DNA of 43,115 nucleotides from a virus (Duplodnaviria; Heunggongvirae; Uroviricota; Caudoviricetes): IMG/VR virus record IMGVR_UViG_2541047802_000010; one strand, 5' to 3'. Shown piece by piece: positions 1 to 8,891 of this stretch (position 1 is its first letter; each line of letters starts with the position of its first letter). The notes under the pieces were generated by a model. It saw only the letters and a program-made list of their open reading frames with translations, ran no database searches and was not told where the DNA came from. The position numbers and the translations under genes were made by a program.

Positions 1-318
1 ATGAAAAAGATAGCTGCTATATCATTAATTAGTGTTTTTCTTATGTCTGGGTGTGCTGTACATAATGATGAGACAAGTATCGGTAAATTTGGTCTTGCAT
101 ATAAAAGTAATATTCAGCGTAAACTCGATAACCAATACTACACCGAAGCCGAAGCTTCTTTAGCCAGGGGTAGAATATCTGGTGCAGAAAATATAGTAAA
201 AAATGATGCAGTTCATTTCTGTGTTACTCAGGGCAAAAAAATGCAGATAGTTGACCTGAAGACAGAAGGTGCAGGATTACATGGCGTCGCTCGTCTGACA
301 TTCAAATGTGGAGAGTGA
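1..318 (+). CDS. yegR: Small lipoprotein, YegR-like (105 aa)
   Basis: N-terminal signal peptide with lipobox LMSGC; 105 aa; matches my recollection of E. coli YegR, a neighbour of the P2 attachment locus. Not database-verified. Confidence 0.6.
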   Translation: MKKIAAISLISVFLMSGCAVHNDETSIGKFGLAYKSNIQRKLDNQYYTEAEASLARGRISGAENIVKNDAVHFCVTQGKKMQIVDLKTEGAGLHGVARLTFKCGE

Positions 319-646
319 GAATAGATTCAAGACTACCATGCACATATTTATTTTATCTGTGATGGGATATTCTTCAACACCATTATTGAATGTGAGTAAT
401 AATGACAAACAGATAGATGAAACTAAAGCAGAATTTTTATTTTATGCAGCCATCAGAAAATGATGTCAAAAATGTTCCAATGCTTTAGGTTCATTTTTTG
501 GTAAGCGTCAAACATGCGCGTTCTGGCTGTGCGTAACCGGAACCTGTGCGAGCACGATGTCGATAAGTGAAAAGCATCGTGCTATGAAGGAGGATTCTAT
601 CGATGTGGTCAATGGAAGACGGTGACCAGGGATAGGGCTTATGCAT

Positions 647-673
647 AAAAAATAAGCCCGTGTAAGGGAGATT
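647..673. other. Prophage attL core (27-bp P2-type att core)
   Basis: AAAAAATAAGCCCGTGTAAGGGAGATT is identical to the copy at 37046-37072; integrase gene lies immediately inside. Confidence 0.75.
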
Positions 674-752
674 TAGGGTGTCACCAGTAGGGGCTTTCAA
701 CGGTACAATGCGGGTTTGAGCGGCATAAATTACCACTGAAAGCCCTTAAACG

Positions 753-1762
753 TTACTCTACTGTGGACACTGTGTGGACACTCTCGGCCTCAGTACCACC
801 TCTTAGCGGATTAAGAGAAATGGCGTCCTGAAGGTACTCTGGCGCAAAATGAGCGTAAACCATAGTTTGCTCAATCCGCGTGTGACCTAGTATCCGTTGT
901 AGCGTGATAATACTTCCTCCATTAATCATGAAATGAGTGGCAAAGCTGTGCCTTAGTGCATGTGTGGCTTGCCCCATTGGCAAATCCGGTTTTATTGCTT
1001 TCATTGTTCGTCTGAAGCGAGGGTAATCAGCATCAGGGAATAAAAAACCTCGTTTGTTATCCGCGATCATTTTGGCAACAGCCTCTGAGATCGGGACGGT
1101 GCGTGGTTTGTTTTCGTTTTAACAAACGTGACGCGGTTATGGATGATATTTTCTGCTTTCAAACGAGCTGCTTCTCCCCAACGTGCTCCAGTACTCAGGC
1201 AAAGAATCGCAATCTTTTTGTTGTCGCCGTCAAGAGCAGCAAGCAGTAAGGCAATTTCTTCCTGCGTGAGATAGCCTGTGTCTGGTTTTTCCTCCTTAAG
1301 CCTTTTTGTCCCTCTGATAGGGTGCTCACCAAAGAATAACTCCGCTTCAATCAGGGCTGTAAACATGCCGCTAATACATGTTAAATCACGATTGATACTC
1401 GAAGGTTTAATACCCTGACTTCTTCGGGTGGCGCAGTACTGGCTGATAAGCGATTTCGTAATTTGAAATGCGCATGGGTTATTCGTTATTTTTGTGAAGA
1501 TTTCAATTTTTCCAAGATTAGATTTCCCATGCTCTTCGTGTTTACCCTTTAAATCCCACCAGATCTGTGTCAGCTCCGACAGACGTCGCTTGTCTGTTGG
1601 TTTTGATAGCCATTCTTTATTGTGGTGGTTGTACAACGTGTATTTCTCGAAAGCGACAGCTTCGCTTTTCTTATCAAACTTCCTACGGATGCGTTTTCCA
1701 TTACGTCCAGTAGGGCGGATGTCCACTTCATATCGACCATCATCGAGTTTTTTGATTGCCAT
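753..1762 (-). pseudogene. int: P2-type tyrosine integrase, reading frame interrupted
   Basis: Two overlapping ORFs (1067-1762, 231 aa, N-terminal part with TGARWGE box; 753-1070, 105 aa, C-terminal part with HALRHSF and LGHTRIEQTMVYAH catalytic motifs) in different frames; together about 336 aa like P2 Int. Frame break falls in an A-rich tract near 1067-1110. Could be a true frameshift or a sequencing error. Confidence 0.6.
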
Positions 1763-1877
1763 CAGAAAACCCTCCGAGTGGTGTGTTTTTTTGCGACTAC
1801 TAATCGCTTTTTTCGTGGTGGCTGAAATTTAGCCACCAATAGTAGGCACTTGTGATGAATATATTCACGATGAATTG

Positions 1878-2177
1878 TTAACCAGTCTTTTGACCGGAGT
1901 GGGGCGACGTTGTTTCGTTTTGCCCAAAGTGTGCGAGAGCGGGCGCAATTTGCCCGGACTCAGGAGCGACCTGATTGGTCATGAACCATAAAGTGTATTT
2001 GGTGAATTGTGGGGTCTGCAGGATGTTCATCATGACATCTGTTGGAGGTGTTGAACGACCACTTTCATAGTAACTCAGCGTGCCATACGGAACCCCTGTT
2101 AAATCAGCAAGTTGTTGTCTGCTCAAATACTCTGATTTTCGCATTAAGACTATCTTCTCGCTTATCGTGTTTGACAT
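1878..2177 (-). CDS. C: Immunity repressor C (99 aa)
   Basis: 99-aa ORF, translation matches my recollection of P2 C repressor (MSNTISEKIVLMRKSEYLSRQQLADLTG...); divergent from cox. Confidence 0.85.
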   Translation of the reverse strand: MSNTISEKIVLMRKSEYLSRQQLADLTGVPYGTLSYYESGRSTPPTDVMMNILQTPQFTKYTLWFMTNQVAPESGQIAPALAHFGQNETTSPHSGQKTG

Positions 2178-2212
2178 GGTGTTTAGATCTCAATAGTATT
2201 TGGTTTAGATGT
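2171..2212 (+). promoter_or_regulatory. Early promoter Pe with two direct-repeat operator half-sites
   Basis: TTGACA (2171-2176), 17-bp spacer, TAGTAT (2194-2199); direct repeats GTTTAGAT at 2181-2188 and 2203-2210 spaced 22 bp, flanking the -10, as described for the P2 C operator. Confidence 0.5.
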
Positions 2213-2291
2213 AGATTGTTTAGTGCTTGGATGTGGGCACTAAAAGGCATTATAAGGCATTAAACGCAATTCATGAGGGCTGGGGGACGAC

Positions 2292-2567
2292 ATGAGCAAG
2301 CAAGTAACACTCATGACTGATGCGATTCCTTATCAGGAGTTCGCAAAACTAATAGGAAAATCGACAGGAGCGGTTCGTCGGATGATCGATAAAGGAAAGC
2401 TGCCTGTAATTGATATGACCGATCCACAATCAGCTTCAGGTCGTGCAGGTGAATATTGGGTATACCTTCCGGCATGGAATAACGGACTAAAACTGGCTTA
2501 TGAAAGCCGCCCTAAAGAGATTCGTGACGGCTGGTTGATGTGGTTAGGTCTCGGTGAACCACGTTAA
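2292..2567 (+). CDS. cox: Cox (91 aa), excision/early repressor
   Basis: 91-aa ORF first downstream of Pe; translation matches recollection of P2 Cox. Confidence 0.85.
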   Translation: MSKQVTLMTDAIPYQEFAKLIGKSTGAVRRMIDKGKLPVIDMTDPQSASGRAGEYWVYLPAWNNGLKLAYESRPKEIRDGWLMWLGLGEPR

Positions 2568-2577
2568 GGAGAACCGT

Positions 2578-2748
2578 ATGAACGAGCCTCGTTGTATTGC
2601 TCAGTTATTGCGTAACGAAAGCCCCAGGGCGATTGACTTCACCATCACCCACGGTAAGGGGCGTAAGGGAATCATTATCCGCACCAAAAAACAGAGTCCG
2701 TTAAAGAAGGCTCTGACCTTTCTGAAAAGCCGGAGGGTCTGGAAATGA
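2578..2748 (+). CDS. Small early protein (P2 orf78 position)
   Basis: ORF with AAGGAG SD 7 nt upstream of ATG at 2578; position equivalent to P2 orf78. Confidence 0.45.
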   Translation: MNEPRCIAQLLRNESPRAIDFTITHGKGRKGIIIRTKKQSPLKKALTFLKSRRVWK

Positions 2749-3245
2749 CAGTGATGACGCTCAATCTCGTCGAAAAACAGCCAGCAGCTATGCGCCGGAT
2801 AATTGGCAAGCATCTTGCCGTCCCTCGCTGGCAGGAGACATGTGATTATTATAATCAGATGATGGAGCGCGAACGGCTAACGGTTTGCTTTCATGCGCAG
2901 TTAAAACAACGTCACGCAACGATGCGTTTTGAAGAAATGAACGACGTCGAACGTGAACGGCTGGTTTGTGCAATTGATGAACTGCGTGGGGCATTCTCAA
3001 AACGCCGTCAGGTCGGTGCAAGTGAGTATGCATATATTAGTTTTTTAACAGTCAGTCAGCGTCGTACTTTATTTATGCATGCGGGATTGACAGAAAAAGA
3101 ATTCAATCAGCCGTACTGGCGCATTAATGAAGAATCATGTTACTGGCGTGATGCTTTATTCCGTGCATTACGTGAATTGTTCAGCCTGTTTGAGTATGCA
3201 CCGACAATTCTGACATCGGTAAAACCAGAGCAATATCTGCATTAA
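2745..3245 (+). CDS. B: Replication protein B (166 aa)
   Basis: 166 aa, same length and position as P2 gpB (helicase-loader-like); overlapping stop/start with previous ORF. Confidence 0.8.
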   Translation: MTVMTLNLVEKQPAAMRRIIGKHLAVPRWQETCDYYNQMMERERLTVCFHAQLKQRHATMRFEEMNDVERERLVCAIDELRGAFSKRRQVGASEYAYISFLTVSQRRTLFMHAGLTEKEFNQPYWRINEESCYWRDALFRALRELFSLFEYAPTILTSVKPEQYLH

Positions 3246-3308
3246 GTAAGTAACCAGAGTTTCTAACGCACTTAATTGTGCGGGGCTTCTTTTTGCCTGG
3301 AGAAAGTC

Positions 3309-3533
3309 ATGCATACAGTTTCTGAAAATCAGTGCGGTAAATACGCATTACTGCTGCAACAGACCAGAACCGAAGCACAGGCCGACGCGGCGACGCGCTT
3401 TTCTTCTCATCTTGACGCCATGATTCGCCACATCACAAAGGCGGAGTTATCCCGCGTGGAGATAGTCGAGCTGCTCAGTCAGGAGTCGGAAAAATTTCAC
3501 AATATCGGATTGTCTCGCGGGGAGGTACTTTGA
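3309..3533 (+). CDS. Hypothetical early protein (P2 orf80 position)
   Basis: ORF with GGAG SD before ATG 3309; translationally coupled to next ORF. Confidence 0.5.
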   Translation: MHTVSENQCGKYALLLQQTRTEAQADAATRFSSHLDAMIRHITKAELSRVEIVELLSQESEKFHNIGLSRGEVL

Positions 3534-3832
3534 TGTCCTGTTCTCATTCAGTTGTATTACTGAATAACGCCTTAAAAATCGCCGTTATGGAAAATGGTGA
3601 TTTGTCTCTTATTCAACTTTGTCTTGATAAAGAAAAACGCGACATAACTGAATCTGTTATCGCGATTTATCAGAATGAATTAAACCTCCTGTCTGATGTG
3701 GTCAATTTACTTGTTAAACGCGCTGTATTCCACAAGCAAATTTCCTCCGTGGATGAACTGACAAAATTAACGACAGAACTTGCCAGTTATTGCGCTGATG
3801 TATCCAGGAAACTTAACGATAAAAGGAGCTGA
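3530..3832 (+). CDS. Hypothetical early protein (P2 orf81 position)
   Basis: 100-aa ORF, ATGA overlap with upstream ORF. Confidence 0.5.
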   Translation: MMSCSHSVVLLNNALKIAVMENGDLSLIQLCLDKEKRDITESVIAIYQNELNLLSDVVNLLVKRAVFHKQISSVDELTKLTTELASYCADVSRKLNDKRS

Positions 3833-3834
3833 TA

Positions 3835-4059
3835 ATGCCGGACAACGTAGATTTTATTCAGGAACAACAGGCTGAATTACTGGAGCGCCAGATTAACGCG
3901 GCAAGGGTAAAACATTGCGGTGCTTCTGCGCTGGTTTGCGAAGAGTGTGACGCGCCAATACCTGCTGCCCGTCGTGCGGCTTATCCGTCAGCCACGCGTT
4001 GTGTTTCCTGTCAGTCAGTCTTTGAAGCAAAAAACAAACATTACCGGAGAACGGCATGA
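3835..4059 (+). CDS. TraR/DksA-type C4 zinc-finger protein (P2 orf82 position)
   Basis: 74 aa with CxxC-x17-CxxC (CEECDAPIPAARRAAYPSATRCVSCQ) typical of TraR/DksA zinc finger. Confidence 0.6.
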   Translation: MPDNVDFIQEQQAELLERQINAARVKHCGASALVCEECDAPIPAARRAAYPSATRCVSCQSVFEAKNKHYRRTA

Positions 4060-4331
4060 GTATTCGTATTGAAATTGGCGAACGTTATGTCGTTACCAGT
4101 GACAGCTTTCAGTTTATTCTCCACGAGAAAAAGAGAGCGGAAAGCGGTAAAAACGCCGGTCAGGAATGGCTGGCAGTGGTTGGTTATTACCCGAAATTAA
4201 GCCAGCTCGTTTCCGGCCTGATGCATCACGATATTCTGACCGGAAGCGCAAAGTCTTTCGCTGATTTAAACGCGCAGGTTGAGCAACTCAGCAGGCGTTG
4301 TTCAGAGGCTTTTGGCTCATATGGCCGTTAA
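4056..4331 (+). CDS. Hypothetical early protein (P2 orf83 position)
   Basis: 91-aa ORF overlapping start of A. Confidence 0.45.
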   Translation: MSIRIEIGERYVVTSDSFQFILHEKKRAESGKNAGQEWLAVVGYYPKLSQLVSGLMHHDILTGSAKSFADLNAQVEQLSRRCSEAFGSYGR

Positions 4332-6603
4332 AGCCTCCGGGCGTTTTGTCCCTCCGTCAGCATTTGCCGCAGGCACCGGTGAGACGTTTACCGGTGCTTA
4401 TGCATGGAATGCGCCACGCGAGGCCGTCGGGCGCGAAAGACCCCTTACACGTGACGAGATGCGTCAGGTGCAAGGTGTTTTATCCACGATTAATCGCCTG
4501 CCTTACTTTTTGCGCTCGCTGTTTACTTCACGCTATGACTACATCCGGCGCAATAAAAGCCCGGTGCACGGGTTTTATTTCCTCACATCCACTTTTCAGC
4601 GTCGTTTATGGCCGCGCATTGAGCGTGTGAATCAGCGCCATGAAATGAACACCGACGCGTCGTTGCTGTTTCTGGCAGAGCGTGACCATTATGCGCGTCT
4701 GCCGGGGATGAATGATAAGGAGCTGAAAAAGTTTGCCGCCCGTATCTCATCGCAGCTTTTCATGATGTATGAGGAAATCAGCGATGCCTGGGGGGATGCG
4801 CATGGCGAAAAAGAATCACTGTTTACGGATGAGGCTCAGGCTCACCTGTATGGTCATGTTGCTGGCGCTGCACGTGCTTTCAATATTTCCCCGCTTTACT
4901 GGAAAAAATACCGTAAAGGACAGATGACCACGAGGCAGGCATATTCTGCCATTGCCCGCCTGTTTAACGATGAGTGGTGGACTCATCAGCTTAAAGGTCA
5001 GCGTATGCGCTGGCATGAAGCGTTACTGATTGCTGTCGGGGAGGTCAATAAAGACCGTTCTCCTTATGCCAGTAAACATGCCATTCGTGATGTGCGTGCG
5101 CGCCGCCAGGCAAATCTGGAATTTCTTAAATCGTGTGACCTTGAAAACAGGGAAACCGGCGAGCGCATCGACCTTATCAGTAAGGTGATGGGAAGTATTT
5201 CTAATCCTGAAATTCGCCGGATGGAGCTGATGAACACCATTGCCGGTATTGAGCGTTACGCCGCCGCAGAGGGTGATGTGGGGATGTTTATCACGCTGAC
5301 CGCGCCGTCAAAGTATCACCCGACACGTCAGGTCGGAAAAGGCGAAAGTAAAACCGTCCAGCTAAATCACGGCTGGAACGATGAGGCATTTAATCCAAAG
5401 GATGCGCAGCGTTATCTCTGCCGCATCTGGAGCCTGATGCGCACGGCATTCAAGGATAATGATTTACAGGTCTACGGTTTGCGTGTCGTCGAGCCACACC
5501 ACGACGGAACGCCGCACTGGCATATGATGCTTTTTTGTAATCCACGCCAGCGTAATCAGATTATCGAAATCATGCGTCGCTATGCGCTCAAAGAGGATGG
5601 TGACGAAAGAGGAGCCGCGCGAAACCGTTTTCAGGCAAAGCACCTTAACCGGGGCGGTGCTGCGGGATATATCGCGAAATACATTTCAAAAAATATCGAC
5701 GGCTATGCACTGGATGGTCAGCTCGATAACGATACCGGCAGACCTCTGAAAGATACTGCCGCGGCTGTTACTGCATGGGCGTCAACGTGGCGCATCCCGC
5801 AATTTAAAACGGTTGGTCTGCCGACAATGGGGGCTTACCGTGAACTACGCAAATTGCCTCGCGGCGTCAGCATTGCTGATGAGTTTGACGAACGCGTCGA
5901 GGCTGCACGCGCTGCCGCAGACAGTGGCGATTTTGCGTTGTATATCAGTGCGCAGGGTGGGGCAAATGTTCCGCGCGATTGCCAGACTGTCAGAGTCGCC
6001 CGTAGCCCGTCGGATGAAGTTAACGAGTACGAGGAAGAAGTCGAGAGAGTGGTCGGCATTTACGCGCCGCATCTCGGCGCGCGTCATATTCATATCACCA
6101 GAACGACGGACTGGCGCATTGTTCCGAAAGTTCCGGTCGTGGAGCCTTTGACTTTAAAAAGCGGCATCGCCGCGCCTCGGAGTCCTGTCAATAACTGTGG
6201 AAAGCTCACCAGTGGTGATACTTCGTTACCGGCTCCCACACCTTCTGAACACGCCGCAGCAGTGCTTAATCTGGTTGATGACGGTGTTATCGAATGGAAT
6301 GACCCGGAGGTCGTGAGGGCGCTCAGGGGCGCATTAAAACACGACCTGATAACACCAAACCGTCAGCAAAGAAACGGAAGCCCGTTAAAACCGCATGAAA
6401 TAGCGCCATCGGCCAGACTGACCCGGTCGGAAAGAATGCAAATTACCCGTATCCGCGTTGACCTTGCTCAGAACGGTATCAGGCCGCAGCGATGGGAGCT
6501 TGAGGCGCTGGCGCGTGGTGCGACCGTAGATTACAACGGGAAAAAATTTACGTATCCGGTCGCTGATGAGTGGAGTTGGTTTTATTGTTATTCAGAGCAA
6601 TAA
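4321..6603 (+). CDS. A: Replication initiation protein A (rolling-circle nickase)
   Basis: Long ORF; start chosen at ATG 4321 (MAVKASGRF...) giving about 760 aa as in P2 gpA; contains HxH-type motif region (EPHHDGTPHWHMMLF) and YIAKYISK typical of Rep nickases. Confidence 0.85.
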   Translation: MAVKASGRFVPPSAFAAGTGETFTGAYAWNAPREAVGRERPLTRDEMRQVQGVLSTINRLPYFLRSLFTSRYDYIRRNKSPVHGFYFLTSTFQRRLWPRIERVNQRHEMNTDASLLFLAERDHYARLPGMNDKELKKFAARISSQLFMMYEEISDAWGDAHGEKESLFTDEAQAHLYGHVAGAARAFNISPLYWKKYRKGQMTTRQAYSAIARLFNDEWWTHQLKGQRMRWHEALLIAVGEVNKDRSPYASKHAIRDVRARRQANLEFLKSCDLENRETGERIDLISKVMGSISNPEIRRMELMNTIAGIERYAAAEGDVGMFITLTAPSKYHPTRQVGKGESKTVQLNHGWNDEAFNPKDAQRYLCRIWSLMRTAFKDNDLQVYGLRVVEPHHDGTPHWHMMLFCNPRQRNQIIEIMRRYALKEDGDERGAARNRFQAKHLNRGGAAGYIAKYISKNIDGYALDGQLDNDTGRPLKDTAAAVTAWASTWRIPQFKTVGLPTMGAYRELRKLPRGVSIADEFDERVEAARAAADSGDFALYISAQGGANVPRDCQTVRVARSPSDEVNEYEEEVERVVGIYAPHLGARHIHITRTTDWRIVPKVPVVEPLTLKSGIAAPRSPVNNCGKLTSGDTSLPAPTPSEHAAAVLNLVDDGVIEWNDPEVVRALRGALKHDLITPNRQQRNGSPLKPHEIAPSARLTRSERMQITRIRVDLAQNGIRPQRWELEALARGATVDYNGKKFTYPVADEWSWFYCYSEQ

Positions 6604-6719
6604 ACATCTGATTTAATTTGTTGCATAATAGTAAAATTGCTGTTTATCTACATGTGTTAACTATTGATAATTATGTTGCTAATAATGTGTGCAAATTTAT
6701 ACTGAAAAAGGTGAAAACG

Positions 6720-8552
6720 ATGAATGATATCTTTGTTCTTACAAGGGAAGAGCTTGAAACACTAGATTATAGTGTTTTTATGCATATACCAGTTACATTT
6801 CATGCACATAAAATAAAAAAATATCTGGATGGGATTGCTGAATCATCAGGAAACCCCAAAGAGAAAAAATTAGCATCTCTTTTTGGTATGCTATATAGTT
6901 TCAATTTGCAAGTTGTTAACAACACTCCATCATTTGAACCCCAAATGATTTGGGGTAATAAAAGATCAATATTGCCTGAAGATTTTGATGAGCAGGTGAA
7001 TGACTGTCTTTTATATGTTTCTCAAAAAATAACCAATCCATTTTTGTTATCAAGAATATATGATGTTGTTTGGTGTAATAACCGGAAAAACAAAGACGTG
7101 GCAATTAAAGCAATTGATTCCTATGCTGAAATGCTAAATATAGCAATTGAAAAACTAATAATAAAAAACGAAAGCATGGATGAAAGTGATTTAAATTGCT
7201 TTATTTTTGCTCGTGATTATATTGCTAGGGCTTTGCACATTAATAAAATGGTCTACCCTAGAAAATCAGAAGGAAACATGGCGATTAAAAATGCCATTCA
7301 TTCTCTTTATAGTATTCAAAATGAAAGATTAATCTTTGAAGGTTTCAATAATTTGACTTGGTTTATGGTGCGTGATTTTGATGGGTATAATCTGCAGTAT
7401 GCGGAAAATGCTGAGAAGATGGCTGAGCAGCATAAAGATAAAAAATATTATGATGCTGTAAAATCACTTTATATGACAAGTGCAGTTATTTATGAAAAAA
7501 ATGGTGAGTATGAACGTGCCAAGAGATGTAAACTGGCATCTGCAAATATTACTATTAAAGTTGCAACAGATCGACCTGATAATATGGGTAAGATCTCTTG
7601 GTTAAGAACAGCTATCTCTGAATTAAGACAGTATGGTGGTGATAGCCAACAGATAGAAGATTTAAAGGAACAACTTGCTAATTTGAGAGAAGAAGTAAGG
7701 AGTGAATATGTCACTTTAAGCCATTCTATTGATATTAGTGACTTGGTTGCTGAAAGTGAAAAAAAACTGACGGGGCGTTCTTTGCCCGATATATTCAAAG
7801 TTTTAATGCGTGAAACACCGATTGAAAATATTGAAAGCATGAGGGAGCAAGTTTTAAGATTATCAGAAAAAAGTTTATTCTCTAGTTTTGTTGGAACAGA
7901 AATTAATGATGAGAGTGGGCGTAAGGTATATACAATCCCGCCGTTGAATAATAAAAAAGATATGAGTGATGATGTTGTTATTGATCAATATCTAAGAAAT
8001 TTCGAGATTACTCATAAGATTTTTGTAAACGGTGTCTTTGAACCTGCTCGCTATGTACTTTCTCAAGAACATGGCTTGACGTTGTCAACATTCGTTAAAT
8101 TAGTTACAACTAGTCCAATTGTCAAGCCGGAGTTTAGGGAGATTTTTAATTTGGGCTTTTACAAATTATGGCAGGGAGATTACATCAGTGCAGCTTATCT
8201 TTTAATACCACAAATGGAAGGTATGGTTCGTTATTATTATGAGCTTAGTGGAAAGGATGCTACTAGATATTTGGATAAGGGATTAGAGGAGTCAACAAGT
8301 ATTTCTCAGCTTCTAGATAAATGCAGAGATGATTTGGAAAGTATCTTTTCTAAGAATCTTGTTTTAACTATCGATGTTCTTTTTAATAGAAAGAGTGGGG
8401 CAACCTTAAGACATAAATTAGCACATGGTAATTTATATACTAATGCTTGTTACGATGAAACAACGACATATGCATGCATCCTGATTTTCTTTCTGTGTGC
8501 TTATCCTCTCCTACCATATTTTGATACTGTATTTGAACAGGGCTCTGTTTGA
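6720..8552 (+). CDS. Cargo protein, 610 aa, unknown function; candidate abortive-infection/defence protein with C-terminal R-x4-H-G motif
   Basis: AT-rich ORF unlike flanking phage genes; SD GGTG before ATG 6720; sits where P2 carries old/tin; no Walker A motif (so not an OLD ATPase); LRHKLAHG at 8406-8429 resembles the HEPN Rx4-6H motif (inference only). Confidence 0.7.
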   Translation: MNDIFVLTREELETLDYSVFMHIPVTFHAHKIKKYLDGIAESSGNPKEKKLASLFGMLYSFNLQVVNNTPSFEPQMIWGNKRSILPEDFDEQVNDCLLYVSQKITNPFLLSRIYDVVWCNNRKNKDVAIKAIDSYAEMLNIAIEKLIIKNESMDESDLNCFIFARDYIARALHINKMVYPRKSEGNMAIKNAIHSLYSIQNERLIFEGFNNLTWFMVRDFDGYNLQYAENAEKMAEQHKDKKYYDAVKSLYMTSAVIYEKNGEYERAKRCKLASANITIKVATDRPDNMGKISWLRTAISELRQYGGDSQQIEDLKEQLANLREEVRSEYVTLSHSIDISDLVAESEKKLTGRSLPDIFKVLMRETPIENIESMREQVLRLSEKSLFSSFVGTEINDESGRKVYTIPPLNNKKDMSDDVVIDQYLRNFEITHKIFVNGVFEPARYVLSQEHGLTLSTFVKLVTTSPIVKPEFREIFNLGFYKLWQGDYISAAYLLIPQMEGMVRYYYELSGKDATRYLDKGLEESTSISQLLDKCRDDLESIFSKNLVLTIDVLFNRKSGATLRHKLAHGNLYTNACYDETTTYACILIFFLCAYPLLPYFDTVFEQGSV

Positions 8553-8703
8553 TAACGTATACGTTGAGGCATAAAACCTATGCATACTTAGCTGCATCAA
8601 TTTGCACGAGGTATTTCAGTATGCATTTTCTGCGTAATAGTAGGGATTGCTTGGTTTGGTAGTTGTAATTCAACTGCATTCAAACCGACCCATGAAGCGG
8701 GCG

Positions 8704-8722
8704 GGCGAGGCGGGGAAAGCAC
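8704..8722. other. cos site (19-nt cohesive-end sequence)
   Basis: GGCGAGGCGGGGAAAGCAC matches my recollection of the P2/186 cohesive end; located between the A-side cargo and Q as in P2. Confidence 0.55.
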
Positions 8723-8864
8723 TGCGCGCTGGCGGTGGTGCTGATTTTATTTTTTCAGCGTCTGAGCGCGTCGTGATGGCGTTTAGATTGTGCGTCGGGG
8801 CGTTGGTGTGTCTAAGGGGTGTTTTGTGCGGTGGTGAGCGTGTGAGGGCGTGATGACGGGATGT

Positions 8865-8886
8865 AAAAAAGCCGCCCGCAGGCGGC
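8865..8886 (-). terminator. Rho-independent terminator downstream of Q
   Basis: On the minus strand: GCCGCC-TGCG-GGCGGC hairpin followed by TTTTTT, 6 nt after the Q stop. Confidence 0.55.
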
Positions 8887-8891
8887 GATGT

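Noticed and set aside
491..736. 81-aa ORF on the minus strand spanning the attL core
   Set aside because: Runs through the att core and intergenic flank, has no SD, and has a composition unlike neighbouring genes; most likely a chance ORF.
1494..1832. 112-aa and 67-aa ORFs antisense to the integrase gene
   Set aside because: Entirely embedded antisense in a well-supported gene; low-complexity translation; typical shadow ORFs.
6618..6719. N-terminal extension of the 610-aa cargo ORF back to 6618
   Set aside because: The upstream in-frame part lacks an ATG with SD; ATG 6720 is preceded by GGTG at good spacing, so the shorter start was preferred.
6720..8552. Possibility that the A-cos cargo gene is P2 old (OLD-family nuclease)
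   Set aside because: No Walker A/P-loop (GxxxxGK[ST]) anywhere in the protein; the sequence bears no resemblance to what I recall of Old.
8553..8640. Palindrome AACGTATACGTT (8554-8565) and inverted repeat ATGCATAC/GTATGCAT (8580-8587, 8619-8626) after the cargo gene
   Set aside because: Could be a weak terminator or protein-binding site, but the loop is long (31 nt) and the T-tract short; not enough to call a feature.
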